The notes below the pieces were generated by a model that was given only the letters and a program-made list of their open reading frames with translations, did no database searches and had not been told where the DNA came from. A stretch of 64,000 bases of DNA from a virus. Its lineage: Duplodnaviria; Caudoviricetes. The translations under genes and the position numbers were made by a program. Shown here one piece after another: positions 1-10,419 of the stretch (within the stretch, counting starts at the first letter, position 1; the number at the start of each line of letters is the position of its first letter). Location of the stretch: the IMG/VR virus record IMGVR_UViG_3300022876_000002; one strand, given 5' to 3'.

Positions 1-1
1 A

Positions 2-1357
2 TGTGGGGAGGATTGCCTCGTCTTCTGGGTTCTGCATCAAGTCATCCCAGAAGCTGGGGAAATAATCACGTACGGCGTGGTCGATACAGACTACCAATCG
101 GTACTTGTTCTTGAAGTTCACTTGGTCCTTCAAGGTGACGATCCCGGTCTCATCCATAGACAGTCGCACTGGCAGCACCTGGAGGTCTTCAGAGAACACC
201 CGTACCCAGAAAGGCGAATGGAACTGATCGAACACCGTAGCACGTCTGCGCAGGATGTACTGCTTAACACGTTCGTTCCATTTGAAACCAGGGATCTCAA
301 AGATGTTGCCGAGTACCTGTTCACCCATGGTGTCTTTAACGGTAAGGCGTGCTTGTACTACTGGTTGGATCCAGTCACCACCTGGCATCACCCATGGGTC
401 GTGCGCAGGCAGTTTAAGGTAGTACGGTGCCTGATACTTACGTGTGTCAGTAAGAGCTTTACCCAAAGCCATCTCCGGGTTAACCCGGATGTTGAAACGC
501 TGAGTGAAACCTTCTTCTGGTTTAGGAATCCAAACCTGGTCGATCTCATCCTGGTATACGTTGAGTGGGTATTCAAGTTCCCAACCCACAAACTCAGGGA
601 AGTGGAACTTATAACCGATCTCGACTTCGTACTTACCGTAGGTGTCGGCATTACGGGTCTGGGAAACCTTAGGTTCCTTAAACTCGATACCGATCTCATC
701 CAAACGCACAGGTACTACTAACCGTGGGTTCTTGTTGGCATCGTCAGAGATGTTCATGAACGGTACACGACGGTACTTGGAGAACCACACACCGAACTCT
801 GGTGTGGTAGGGTCGTTCTTTACCAGGAGCTTGTGGATAGACAGGAACAATGCAATGATGGAGTTATTGAACACCATGTGTACCGTTGCACTGAAGTTCA
901 TGTCCACTACTTGCTGAGCTTGCGCCCGGTTAATACGACGACGGAACTGGTCAGCCAACTTGGAACTGTTGAAGTGGGCTACTACAGCTACGTTAACCAC
1001 ACGACCAGCGTACGACGGATAAACCATCATTGGCTTGGGGTCGTCATTCATCCACACTGGGCGTTCGGTCATCTCACGACGTTGGTTAGCAAAGCCAGAG
1101 TTGAATGGAGAGTCCTCGAACTCAGCCACCACAAATAGCTTGTTACGGAACATCCCGTCCGTGTACAAGTCAGTACGCACACGATCGCCATTGTTACTAC
1201 CTACCAACTTGGCGATCTCATTACGGCCGTTGTAGAAGATCTCTGCGGTAGACTCCAGGTTGTAGAACCGGAGCATACGACGCAAGGAATCCATAACAGC
1301 TGGTCGAGCAAAGGACCGATAGTCCTCCTCCGACATCATGGTAGTTTTAAGAAGCAT
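2..1357 (-). CDS. Virion structural protein, phiKZ-like (partial, runs off the window start)
   Basis: Absent from the ORF track because no stop lies in the window. ATG at 1357 follows GGAG; reads MLLKTTMMSEEDYRSFARPAVMDSLRRMLRFY...; the same frame at the window start reads ...DHAVRDYFPSFWDDLMQNPEDEAILPT. Product inferred from position in the structural cluster. Confidence 0.7.
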   Translation of the reverse strand, partial: MLLKTTMMSEEDYRSFARPAVMDSLRRMLRFYNLESTAEIFYNGRNEIAKLVGSNNGDRVRTDLYTDGMFRNKLFVVAEFEDSPFNSGFANQRREMTERPVWMNDDPKPMMVYPSYAGRVVNVAVVAHFNSSKLADQFRRRINRAQAQQVVDMNFSATVHMVFNNSIIALFLSIHKLLVKNDPTTPEFGVWFSKYRRVPFMNISDDANKNPRLVVPVRLDEIGIEFKEPKVSQTRNADTYGKYEVEIGYKFHFPEFVGWELEYPLNVYQDEIDQVWIPKPEEGFTQRFNIRVNPEMALGKALTDTRKYQAPYYLKLPAHDPWVMPGGDWIQPVVQARLTVKDTMGEQVLGNIFEIPGFKWNERVKQYILRRRATVFDQFHSPFWVRVFSEDLQVLPVRLSMDETGIVTLKDQVNFKNKYRLVVCIDHAVRDYFPSFWDDLMQNPEDEAILPT

Positions 1358-1414
1358 AAAGACTCCTAACAAACAACTATAACTGGAGGTCTCCCTCCAG
1401 TTATAGTAAACGGT

Positions 1415-2896
1415 TTATTTTGCTTTGGCTTTACCCTTACCCGCAGCTTTGGCGGCCGGGGCTGGTGCAGCAGCTGGCTCAGTAGCAGCAGGCTTGTTCT
1501 CGTCAGTCTTGACCTCAGCATCTTTGCTGAAGATTTTCGGACCAATGCCTTTAATGCACTTCTTGATACCAGCGACGTATTTCTTCTGGGCTTGCGCAGC
1601 CTTACGGACTTCAGCCACTTTCTCTTTGGCCTTAGCGATTTTGTCAGATACGTTAGACTTGGCATTGGCTACCACGTCTTTGTTATCTGCCTTAGTGCTA
1701 GCGGCTTTGGTGTTAGCGGCTTTCAGTTCATCATGGGCGGCTTTAGCAGCGTTGAGTTTCTCACCCAGCTTACCTTCTTTGGTCATCTGCTTGCTCAGCA
1801 GTGCCTGCAAGGCATCCAGTACACGACTAGCGTCAGCAGGGGTATTCAAGGTTTTAACAACCTTACCTACCGCACCAGTGGTATCGATACTGGCAGCCAA
1901 AGCAATGATACCCTTCTTAGCAGCATCGTTGATCTGGACGTTTTTGTTTTCCATCGACTGGATGGCTTTCTTGTTGTTCTCCGCTACAGTTTCAACTTCC
2001 TTAGCGACCTCCTCGGCCTCCTCAGGAGAGAACAACTCGAAGAAGCTAGCCAGGGCTTCCTTGATCCACTCGTAGGCTTTGGTACCCATCTCCTTGATGG
2101 AGTCGAGCATACCTTCCTCGTTACCCTGGTAAGCTGCCAGACGAATGTCGTTAGCGAACAGTACCCCGGCAGCATAACGCGCCGCCTCAGTACCCTCACG
2201 ACCAGAAAGCAAGTCTTCCATGCCTTCCAAGACCTTGATGGGGTGGTCCATCACACAACCACATTCACAGCCCTGGTGACCACTGCACTCAACACCGGTA
2301 GTGAAATCCGGTACGTACATTGGGTACACATCGTTGTAGTCAGCTGGGGCGTATTCTTCCATCCCAGCCAACATACCGTTGTGGGCGGTAACGAACACAT
2401 CTACCAGCTGGAGGATCTTGACACAGTACGACAGATTACGAGTATAGAGTTCCAAGAAGTCGGTCTCGATACCCTCGTCGAACTTTTCACGCATCGCGTC
2501 TACGAGTTGCTGTGCTTGTTCGATCCACAGGTTAACACCGGCAGTGGAGTCACGCTCAGCTACCTTGTTACCGTAGGCACAGATCAATGCAGCGATCTGG
2601 TGGGTGTCGTCTTTGGAACCGTTGGTGAAGTTGTAATGCAGTTCTACCAAGTAACGGTCCAACACCTGGTTGACTTCGAGTTCACTGGCATCGAAGTAAT
2701 CGATCTCACGTTCAGCGCCATTCAAGATGCTGTGAGCGCGCTCGAGGATGTCTTCGTTGGTCCACTCAGCCCAGTTACCAAAATCGTAACCCAGTTGGTG
2801 AAGTGTGCGAATCAACACCGGATTGGATTCTTGTGTGGGGCGGTTAGGGGATACCAGCAAAATGCCGAGTAATCCCAGTTCCCTTAATGCGCGCAT
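1415..2896 (-). CDS. Head/inner-body protein (phiKZ internal head protein family-like)
   Basis: 493 aa with several G-x-E motifs (AGMEE, TGVEC, EGMED, QGNEE) followed by an amphipathic helix (GMLDSIKEMGTKAYEWIKEALASFFELF) and a Lys/Ala-rich tail. Confidence 0.7.
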   Translation of the reverse strand: MRALRELGLLGILLVSPNRPTQESNPVLIRTLHQLGYDFGNWAEWTNEDILERAHSILNGAEREIDYFDASELEVNQVLDRYLVELHYNFTNGSKDDTHQIAALICAYGNKVAERDSTAGVNLWIEQAQQLVDAMREKFDEGIETDFLELYTRNLSYCVKILQLVDVFVTAHNGMLAGMEEYAPADYNDVYPMYVPDFTTGVECSGHQGCECGCVMDHPIKVLEGMEDLLSGREGTEAARYAAGVLFANDIRLAAYQGNEEGMLDSIKEMGTKAYEWIKEALASFFELFSPEEAEEVAKEVETVAENNKKAIQSMENKNVQINDAAKKGIIALAASIDTTGAVGKVVKTLNTPADASRVLDALQALLSKQMTKEGKLGEKLNAAKAAHDELKAANTKAASTKADNKDVVANAKSNVSDKIAKAKEKVAEVRKAAQAQKKYVAGIKKCIKGIGPKIFSKDAEVKTDENKPAATEPAAAPAPAAKAAGKGKAKAK

Positions 2897-3028
2897 AGCT
2901 TATCCTTTGATTAAAGCCCCTAGGAGGGGCCTTATAAACGTTTTAGTGCGTTATCAGTACCATTTATCAAACTGATAGAGATAACACACCACAAGAGGCT
3001 TTACGGGGCTTATAACCCACGCCTGGAG

Positions 3029-4114
3029 TTATTTAAGATCCTTGTCCACACTTTGGTTGTACACGACACCAGTGCACCCAATAGTGGCGGCAGCGCGAAT
3101 GCACTTAGCGATCAGTTCCTGGAGGAAACTCAAGTTAGCCATAGCGGTGGTAACCATCGACTTAACACCGCTAGCAACGAGTTTAGCACCAGTCGAATCT
3201 TTAACGTCTAACGAACTGGCAAACTTGATGGACTCGTTCAGACCTTTCACCACATTCGTTTCCATGTCGGTGATTTTCTTGGTAGCGTCACTAGACAACT
3301 TGTTACTAGCGCGGGCTGCTTTAAGTACAGCCAGGTTACCAGCAGCAGTAGGCTGGAACTTAAGGGTAACTCCTTTCTTGGCCTTGGTGATCTTGCCATT
3401 GGCGCGGCCGATCAGTTTACCGTTATCTGCAATATCCAGGACCACACCACCAATGAAAGGGCCGTCCTTAAACAGCTTGTTGATGGCACTGATATGCTCG
3501 GAGCGGGCTTTGTCCATGTCTTCTTTGGCATTGGACAACATGCCGTCTTTAACGTTAACGTTAATGTGGTTAACGTCGTCGATGTATTTCTGTACTTCCT
3601 TGAGGTAGGGTTCCAGTTGCTTGGTGATCACCTCGTTAACTTTAGACAGGGATTTAGTTACCCAGCCAATGTCGCTACCGGGATTACCGGAACCATCCCA
3701 AATACGGGTATAGTCTTTAGGGTAGGGAACTGGATCTTTGTCTACCCCTTTTACTTCAATGGCTTTCTCGGCTTTCTCAGTAGTACGCTCGATTTGTGCG
3801 GAGCTGTTGCCGAAGAAGCTAAAGATCCATTTGAAAAACTTCTTGATGTTTTCGATGAAGGCATTAAAGCCTTTACCGATAGTCTCGAAGAAACCTTCGT
3901 TACCATCTACCCGACGTGGTTGTACACGGGCTTCCTGGATAATGAAACGATAGAAACTTTCAGTACCAGTTACATCACCTTTGTCGTCGTATTCCTTAGA
4001 AAGCTCGTCTTCATCTTTCTCTGGGAGCTCTGGTTCTTTGGTCTGGGACTGTTCCCAGACTTCCATTACGGTTGGTGTGTTCACAAAGCGTAACGGAGCT
4101 ACGTATTCAGACAT
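3029..4114 (-). CDS. Head/inner-body protein paralog
   Basis: Start moved to MSEYVAPL (4114). TGTES and DGNEGFF motifs precede FETIGKGFNAFIENIKKFFKWIFSFFG. Confidence 0.7.
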   Translation of the reverse strand: MSEYVAPLRFVNTPTVMEVWEQSQTKEPELPEKDEDELSKEYDDKGDVTGTESFYRFIIQEARVQPRRVDGNEGFFETIGKGFNAFIENIKKFFKWIFSFFGNSSAQIERTTEKAEKAIEVKGVDKDPVPYPKDYTRIWDGSGNPGSDIGWVTKSLSKVNEVITKQLEPYLKEVQKYIDDVNHINVNVKDGMLSNAKEDMDKARSEHISAINKLFKDGPFIGGVVLDIADNGKLIGRANGKITKAKKGVTLKFQPTAAGNLAVLKAARASNKLSSDATKKITDMETNVVKGLNESIKFASSLDVKDSTGAKLVASGVKSMVTTAMANLSFLQELIAKCIRAAATIGCTGVVYNQSVDKDLK

Positions 4115-4186
4115 GTTTGTTATCCTGTTAATTGGACGATAGCGACCTATAGCATTTAAGCGAAAATGCAAAAAAAGAAATATAAT

Positions 4187-4216
4187 AACCTACCAGCCCC
4201 GAAGGACTGGTAGGTT
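4187..4216 (-). terminator. Hairpin terminator
   Basis: AACCTACCAG...CTGGTAGGTT stem followed by a T-rich tract on the minus strand. Confidence 0.65.
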
Positions 4217-4239
4217 ACCATTAAGGGTTAAGCCGAAGC

Positions 4240-5523
4240 TTATTCCTTGCCGAAGCCCAGGTGAGCAGCAACGGCGTCCAGGGTGGCGCCAGCGACGTTG
4301 ACAGTGTCACGCTCGCCAACAGCGGTCAGCTTGGCAGCCAGGGCGAAGACAGCCTTAACGATGGCCACTTTACCGTTGACTTCCGAGGACTTGTCGCCGT
4401 CAGCAGCTTTGACGTTGTTCAGCTTGCCGATGATCTGGTCGCGGGTGGTGTTGGTGAACTGGCCTTTCAGCTTGTTCTCGCGGATCGCGGCGATCTTGGC
4501 CTTGACGCTGTCCAGAGCGGAGATCAGGCCAGACTTGTCAGCCTTGGCAGCAACTTCGCCCGAGGACAGTTTCTTGGCTTCTGGAGCTTTGCCAACAGAC
4601 AGGGAAACCGAACGGATGGCCGAAGCGGCGTCGTTCAGGGATTCCATGGTAGGCTCGCTGAAGGAAGCGACCAGACGAACACCGGCCGACTGCGAGACCA
4701 GCAGGTCTTTGGAACCTTGCTTCTTGGCGTTGTACTTGCCGAAGGCAGTGGCGTCGGCTTTCAGGCCGGATACCAGGGTGCCGTAGGCAGACTTCACGCC
4801 GCCCAGCTCGATGCCATCAACTTTGCCAGCTTCTGCTACCAGAGCAGCGATACCGGCGTCGGTACCGGCGGTGGTGCCTTTGTTGCGCTTGGAGACGCCA
4901 CCCAGACCAGCCGAGGCGTAGTCGATGTAGACGTTCCAGCCGCCCAGCTTGATTTTCTTCTTGATGGCAGCGCCATCGTTGATGCGCTTGCGCAGTTGCT
5001 CGGCGCGACGCTGCAGACCATCAGCCTTCGAAACGATGGAGACGAAGAAGTTGATGATGGTGTTGAAGATGTGCTTGATGAAGTTGACGGCTTTGGTACC
5101 CCAGTTCTTCAGGGTTTCGCCGATAGCTTCGATACCAGCACGGGCCATCAGGTTGGCGTTGGCGATGTCGCCCATCGATTCGGCGCCGACACGCTCACCG
5201 GTGAACTCGCAACCCAGCTTGGCGGCAGTGCGCAGAGCACGGTTGTAGGTGTTGGTGAAGCTGATCGAGTTGAAGTTGCCGGAGTTCAGCATCGACTCCA
5301 TGCCTTCTACAGCTTCTTCCAGCTCTTCAACCGCTTCTTCGGTGGCTTCGACGTGGTCGGCCAGCTTTTCGATTTCAGCGGTTTGCTCTTCGATGACCGC
5401 GGTCAGTTCGGCGATCTCGGTCGCTACTTGCGCCTCGGCCACGTCACCGACGACTTCGGAGTGCTGGCCTTCTTCGTTCAGGCCCAGTTCTTCGGCGCCC
5501 ATGTAATTCAGGAGAGGATCCAT
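4240..5523 (-). CDS. Major internal head (inner-body) protein, phiKZ gp93-like family
   Basis: 427 aa with an acidic coiled-coil propeptide, EGMES/VGAES/AGIEA motifs, then IGETLKNWGTKAVNFIKHIFNTIINFF; strongly biased codon usage typical of an abundant protein. Confidence 0.8.
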   Translation of the reverse strand: MDPLLNYMGAEELGLNEEGQHSEVVGDVAEAQVATEIAELTAVIEEQTAEIEKLADHVEATEEAVEELEEAVEGMESMLNSGNFNSISFTNTYNRALRTAAKLGCEFTGERVGAESMGDIANANLMARAGIEAIGETLKNWGTKAVNFIKHIFNTIINFFVSIVSKADGLQRRAEQLRKRINDGAAIKKKIKLGGWNVYIDYASAGLGGVSKRNKGTTAGTDAGIAALVAEAGKVDGIELGGVKSAYGTLVSGLKADATAFGKYNAKKQGSKDLLVSQSAGVRLVASFSEPTMESLNDAASAIRSVSLSVGKAPEAKKLSSGEVAAKADKSGLISALDSVKAKIAAIRENKLKGQFTNTTRDQIIGKLNNVKAADGDKSSEVNGKVAIVKAVFALAAKLTAVGERDTVNVAGATLDAVAAHLGFGKE

Positions 5524-5571
5524 GTTGTTACCCTTTTTCGTTAACGAAGGAAAAGTGTGTTTGGAAACGTT

Positions 5572-6576
5572 TCACACAAAGACACCCAGCACACCATGAA
5601 TGTACCGGTCAGTATAGCTGATCACCCGAGGAGTGAATCCGCTATAAAATGCGAGAGCATCTGAATCACCACCTAATAAACGTTCAACGTCTTTCAGGGC
5701 GCTCTTACTTACCTTGTCCAAATTACCTAAGCTAGGCTCTACGGCTTTCACCATGTCGCCCCAGGATTTGATGAAACCCAGATAACTTTCAAAGTTCGCT
5801 TTAAAGCGTTTGTGCATACCATTGACTTTATCGAGTCTAACGAGCAAAGAGCTTACATCAGACTTCGACATTTCAACAGTCGCTGGTGACCCAGCTGTAG
5901 TGTCCCCGTTCATAAGATATTTAGTATTCGATTCATCGAACACCATTACCTTACCGCCAGGCAGCTTATCGGAGCTGTACTCACTACCACTGTGGTGGCT
6001 AAAGTTAAGCACCGGGTACTTCAAGGCGTTGTGTTTATCTATGATCTCGTACAGGTCTTCGGTGGTATGTGCATTACGCAACCCACGCAGTACGCCCATA
6101 CGTGCATCCAAATGGTCCAGGACTGCCTTGGCGTGCTTGTCCACTAACTCCAGGGTATGGAGCAGTGTGTCCAGGTCTTTACTTATGTCCTCGTGGTCGC
6201 CGCCACTAGTGATAAGGTTGAGCTTATCCTTAGTGATCTTGACCTCATGAGCATCAGACCGTGAGAACTGTTGGAGGACCTTGCGGATCAACACATCGTT
6301 ATCAGCGAAAGCCTTAGACAACAAGTTACCAGCTCCACCTAGTACGTTGGCAAAGGCACTAACGGTTTTACCGCCTACCCAACCAACAGTAGTAAGTAGA
6401 CCACCACCCAAACTACCCATGCCATTTACCAGGGTCCCCAATACTTCTGTCAGAGCCTCATTACCGGTTACTGCTTCGTGGACAGCCACGTGTAGCTTTT
6501 GCAGACCGTTATTGAACTCTAGCAGCTCCAAATGGGTTTCCATGCCCTGGATGTAAAGTTGCTTTAACTCACTCAT
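5572..6576 (-). CDS. Virion head protein
   Basis: 334 aa with QGMET and TGNEA motifs near the N-terminus, then a Gly-rich hydrophobic stretch; within the head cluster. Confidence 0.6.
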   Translation of the reverse strand: MSELKQLYIQGMETHLELLEFNNGLQKLHVAVHEAVTGNEALTEVLGTLVNGMGSLGGGLLTTVGWVGGKTVSAFANVLGGAGNLLSKAFADNDVLIRKVLQQFSRSDAHEVKITKDKLNLITSGGDHEDISKDLDTLLHTLELVDKHAKAVLDHLDARMGVLRGLRNAHTTEDLYEIIDKHNALKYPVLNFSHHSGSEYSSDKLPGGKVMVFDESNTKYLMNGDTTAGSPATVEMSKSDVSSLLVRLDKVNGMHKRFKANFESYLGFIKSWGDMVKAVEPSLGNLDKVSKSALKDVERLLGGDSDALAFYSGFTPRVISYTDRYIHGVLGVFV

Positions 6577-6584
6577 GTAACCTC

Positions 6585-7892
6585 CTAGTCGGAAAGGTTA
6601 GCGGTGATGGAAGTGTTGCAGATTTCGATGAGTCCGTTGAACACCAGGACCAGGTAGTTGTTTACCGCCGCACGGTTAGTGAGCAGGTCTACTTGGTTCT
6701 TACGTACCAGCGAGGCAAATGCGGTCTGTACCTTGTCTTTCATTTCGTCAGACATCGGCGACTCGTAGATACCCCGCATGACGTCGTTGAACTCCGAGTC
6801 ATCCACTTTGTAGCGGTCGATCAGGTCAGCAGCTTTACGCCAGCTAGCCAAAGTACCGCGCAGGGATTTGACCAGACTGCGAATAGTGTCACTCGACAGG
6901 GTCTTGATCTCGGTGCCGATTTTCGGGTATTCAACTGGAGAACTGTTGAAGAACTCCACGCCATCCAGGTCGATCAATGCATGGACGTAGCCCACCACCT
7001 GTTCCACGTTAGTGGGGTTGGTGTTCTTACGCTCATTACGCTTGTCCAAGAAGTAAGCACCACCCATCAACTCGACGGACTGCTTAGCCACCACGTTACC
7101 AGTGGTGAACTCCTTATTGGGATACGAGCACTCTTTGAAGCGATTCGACGGCACAGCTTTAGGCAGCAAGAGGAAACGCTGCACAGCCTGGTCATCGTTG
7201 TCGTCAGCAAAGCCACCGAAATAGCGCACAGTGTTGTTCAACGCCGTGTTGCTAGCCAGGTAGTAGTTGTTGCTCAGCGCATTGATAGTCGCATTCAGCT
7301 TGGTGACACTACCGATCCAGTCCTCGTTTACCTTACCGCCAATCTTGAACAGATTGAACAGACGGGTACCCAGGAGGATGGTGTCAGTACCAGCCTTGAA
7401 CGTACCGGCGGACTCGACGTCTTTTTCCAGCAGGTCCAGCAAAGCATTCAGGGAGTCTACCGACTGAGTAAACAGCAGGTAAGACTCCTGGAAGCCAATA
7501 CTGATGTGCGCAGTGATTTCCTTAGCCTTACGGTAGAAGTCACCCAGGAACGATTCACAGCCCTGTATACGTGTTTTACGGAATACCGCTGGCGACAGAC
7601 TGCGACCGAGGCATTCGAAGCCCTGGACGTCTCCCAGATCGTCTGCGGGGATGTCTACATCGGACCGGGTAAGCTGGTTGTCGATTTGCTTGGCCAGGGT
7701 AAGGTTAATACCGTGGTCATTCAACGACACCAATACCTTCTTGGCTACTGTTACTCGGTCTTTGTCCCCATCCAGCTTTTCTTGCAGCTGCTGGAGTTGG
7801 GCAGTGTCCTTGGCTTTCTCTACTAACTCAGCAGATTTAACCGTGGAGATCACCGCCATTTCAGCAGCTAGTTGCAGATCACTGTTCGACAT
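6585..7892 (-). CDS. Virion head protein (phiKZ gp92-position)
   Basis: 435 aa with QGFEC and QGCES motifs; syntenic in the head cluster. Confidence 0.6.
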   Translation of the reverse strand: MSNSDLQLAAEMAVISTVKSAELVEKAKDTAQLQQLQEKLDGDKDRVTVAKKVLVSLNDHGINLTLAKQIDNQLTRSDVDIPADDLGDVQGFECLGRSLSPAVFRKTRIQGCESFLGDFYRKAKEITAHISIGFQESYLLFTQSVDSLNALLDLLEKDVESAGTFKAGTDTILLGTRLFNLFKIGGKVNEDWIGSVTKLNATINALSNNYYLASNTALNNTVRYFGGFADDNDDQAVQRFLLLPKAVPSNRFKECSYPNKEFTTGNVVAKQSVELMGGAYFLDKRNERKNTNPTNVEQVVGYVHALIDLDGVEFFNSSPVEYPKIGTEIKTLSSDTIRSLVKSLRGTLASWRKAADLIDRYKVDDSEFNDVMRGIYESPMSDEMKDKVQTAFASLVRKNQVDLLTNRAAVNNYLVLVFNGLIEICNTSITANLSD

Positions 7893-8391
7893 AGTAGGTA
7901 CCTCCGCCCAAGAGCAGGAAGATCCTGGCTACTTCCAAGGTACCGACACCTGCCATCAAGCGGTAGAGATCGAAGTGGTATAGCTGCAGGCCTTGCTTGA
8001 TCAGTGGGTCAATCGAGCTGCCGCCGTGACTGGTGGTAACGTAAACAGCATCGTGGTAATGGTTGGCATTACGCAGCCGTTCTTCGTGCATGGTGATCGC
8101 TGTACGCAGAGACATGTGCCCGATCTTACCGTTGAGGTAGTTCAAGATATCCCGCACCAGGCTAGACAGCGGACCTTCAGCGTTAACACGCATCCAGTCA
8201 GCAAAGTCATCACCAGTCAGACGACGTACCGCGCGAATAACTTCGATCGCAGTGTAGCCTTTCAGCAGCACGTTGAAATCGACGTAAGCGTCACGACGCA
8301 AGGCCACGAAATTACGGAAGAGACCTGTGGCTTCCGCATCTGTAACCTGGTCGTTGAAGAACCCGTTGGTTCCCATACGGAAGCTGGTCAT
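7879..8391 (-). CDS. Conserved hypothetical or virion protein
   Basis: 170 aa ORF translationally coupled to both neighbours. Confidence 0.6.
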   Translation of the reverse strand: MTSFRMGTNGFFNDQVTDAEATGLFRNFVALRRDAYVDFNVLLKGYTAIEVIRAVRRLTGDDFADWMRVNAEGPLSSLVRDILNYLNGKIGHMSLRTAITMHEERLRNANHYHDAVYVTTSHGGSSIDPLIKQGLQLYHFDLYRLMAGVGTLEVARIFLLLGGGTYYVEQ

Positions 8392-9278
8392 CAGTCGTAA
8401 CTCCGGATGATTTGCTCGATGGCGTGTTCGTTCTTGATGATTTTCTCTTGATAGATCTCAATGGTGCGATCGATCTGAGGATCATTGGTGCCATCACGCC
8501 GGTTGATAGCCTGGGAGATTTTCATGGCGTGCTGTTGGTTCTTAGCACGCATGTTGTCGATCCGAGCCAGGTTGATGTTTTTCATACCCAGGCCGATCCA
8601 GAACAGTGGGTTCAGGTTGTGGATACCAAAACCTTTACCGACCATATCGGTGGCACTCTTACCGGTGGTGGACTCGAGCACGTCGATCGACACTTCGGAG
8701 ATCTCTGCGTCTGGAACTTTCTCCAGGGTGGAGATCATCATCTTGCTGCCTTTCAGGAGCTCGACGGTGAAGTGCTTGTAGAACTCCTGGGTACCGTTCA
8801 ACCATTTCTGGTCGTGGCCACTCAGGTACTTGGCTGGGTCTACCTTGTTCAGCTGAATGGTCAGCAGGACATCGAGGATCTTGCTGGTATACTCACCCCA
8901 GAAATAGAAGTGTTCTACCAGGTTGAGGATGTTAGCCTGTTTGAGGGTAACCAGCTTGCCATCCCACACCTTGGTGTTGTAATGACGAACCATTTTCTCA
9001 ACCGCCATCACCCCGATCTTGATAGCCGACAGACCGAACTCCAGGTTGTGCAGGAACGATGCACCACGGAAGCCCTTGTCCTGGGTGTAACGGTGGATAG
9101 CCTTGGTCAGGTACCACTCGTCGGCGATACCGTTGATCACGCCATCCATGTTGTTGGCTTTGAGCTGGTCGATGTTGCCGAGCAGATCGTTTACGCTTAC
9201 GCTGATAGCGGCCAGCAGACCGTACAGTTCCGACTCGGTGAAGGTTTTCACCTTACCAGTGTAAGACAGAATATCCAT
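8391..9278 (-). CDS. Virion head protein (phiKZ gp90-position)
   Basis: 295 aa ORF with coupled start/stop codons; identity from synteny. Confidence 0.55.
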   Translation of the reverse strand: MDILSYTGKVKTFTESELYGLLAAISVSVNDLLGNIDQLKANNMDGVINGIADEWYLTKAIHRYTQDKGFRGASFLHNLEFGLSAIKIGVMAVEKMVRHYNTKVWDGKLVTLKQANILNLVEHFYFWGEYTSKILDVLLTIQLNKVDPAKYLSGHDQKWLNGTQEFYKHFTVELLKGSKMMISTLEKVPDAEISEVSIDVLESTTGKSATDMVGKGFGIHNLNPLFWIGLGMKNINLARIDNMRAKNQQHAMKISQAINRRDGTNDPQIDRTIEIYQEKIIKNEHAIEQIIRSYD

Positions 9279-10387
9279 TACATACCCCCGTTCAGCAGCT
9301 TGACGAGATCAGCGAAGCTGCTCGAGCCCATATCTTTTTTGCTCTTCAGCGCGATGTCCTTACGGGTGTAAACCTCAGGACGCGACTGACCGTGCGTGTA
9401 GAAAGTGAAAATGCCGCGGTCTTCGTTGCACACCACGATGGTGTTGGCTTTGACAGCCTTGAAGATTTCATTACGCGAGTTCGCATCGGAGAACCGGCGA
9501 CCAATGGACAGTTCCAGTTGGTTGGCAGTGTCCTGCGAGAAAATGAACGAGTTGGCCAACGAGTTAACCGAGATCACACCGGTACGCACGGCTTCCATAC
9601 GGTTGCCTGCTTCGTTTTTCATGGCCTCGCGGTAATACCCGGACATGTCCTCGTTCTTGATCTTGAAGCGCTCTTTGATAATGTCCTTACCAGAGAGCAG
9701 ATCAGGAATGGTGATTTCCTTGGTTTCTACCATGGTGAAGCGACCCCAGAAGGAATCGTCATTTTTGGCAGAGGAGAAAATACGAGTCAGGTCACTGGAG
9801 TTCACCGGTACCGGGATCTGACGGAAGGTCAGTGGGAACTCGATGTCCTTACCACTAGCGGTAGGCAGGGTAGCGATTACTGTACGACCAACAGCCAGCG
9901 GAGTGTACTCACTCAGGTCGGGCATGTTCTTACCGTTGACCGAGATAGTAGGAACGAAGTTTTTCTCTTCCTCTTCCTTCTGCTCTTTGGTCTTGATATT
10001 TTTGTCGTACGCTTCGATACCGGCCAATGCCATGAGACCAGCGCGCTTAGGGTTTACCGAACCGATGAGGTTGGAAACCTTGACGCCCATGGCTACCGAA
10101 GACTCCAGCGACAGGTGGGTCAGGGTAGCGACGATGTCGCGCAGGTTAACGATCTGGATGAGATCGTTCATGTATTCTTGGTGGATGCTAGCGGCCTCAA
10201 TTACCACCATAGGGGCGATAATTGCACGGTTTGCGCTCTCGTGTACCGAGCGCGTACTTACCACATTGTATGCTTGTCTGGCTTGACCAGTAGCCTCTAC
10301 TACGGCCCCGATATCTTTGTTGTCGGGGTAGATTCTGGAAGCCAGGCCCAGAAACATCGATCCCAGGTTCAACGCTGCGGAGATCAT
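9278..10387 (-). CDS. Virion head protein (phiKZ gp89-position)
   Basis: 369 aa with an LAGIEAY motif; identity from synteny. Confidence 0.55.
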   Translation of the reverse strand: MISAALNLGSMFLGLASRIYPDNKDIGAVVEATGQARQAYNVVSTRSVHESANRAIIAPMVVIEAASIHQEYMNDLIQIVNLRDIVATLTHLSLESSVAMGVKVSNLIGSVNPKRAGLMALAGIEAYDKNIKTKEQKEEEEKNFVPTISVNGKNMPDLSEYTPLAVGRTVIATLPTASGKDIEFPLTFRQIPVPVNSSDLTRIFSSAKNDDSFWGRFTMVETKEITIPDLLSGKDIIKERFKIKNEDMSGYYREAMKNEAGNRMEAVRTGVISVNSLANSFIFSQDTANQLELSIGRRFSDANSRNEIFKAVKANTIVVCNEDRGIFTFYTHGQSRPEVYTRKDIALKSKKDMGSSSFADLVKLLNGGM

Positions 10388-10419
10388 TGGGTTTACCTCT
10401 ATTTTTAAGAGAATCGTTT

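Noticed and set aside
77-721. 214-aa plus-strand ORF at the window start
   Set aside because: Antisense to the longer, RBS-led minus-strand gene starting at 1357.
4261-5544. 427-aa plus-strand ORF antisense to the inner-body gene
   Set aside because: A mirror of the strongly biased codons on the coding strand; no RBS or protein-like motifs.
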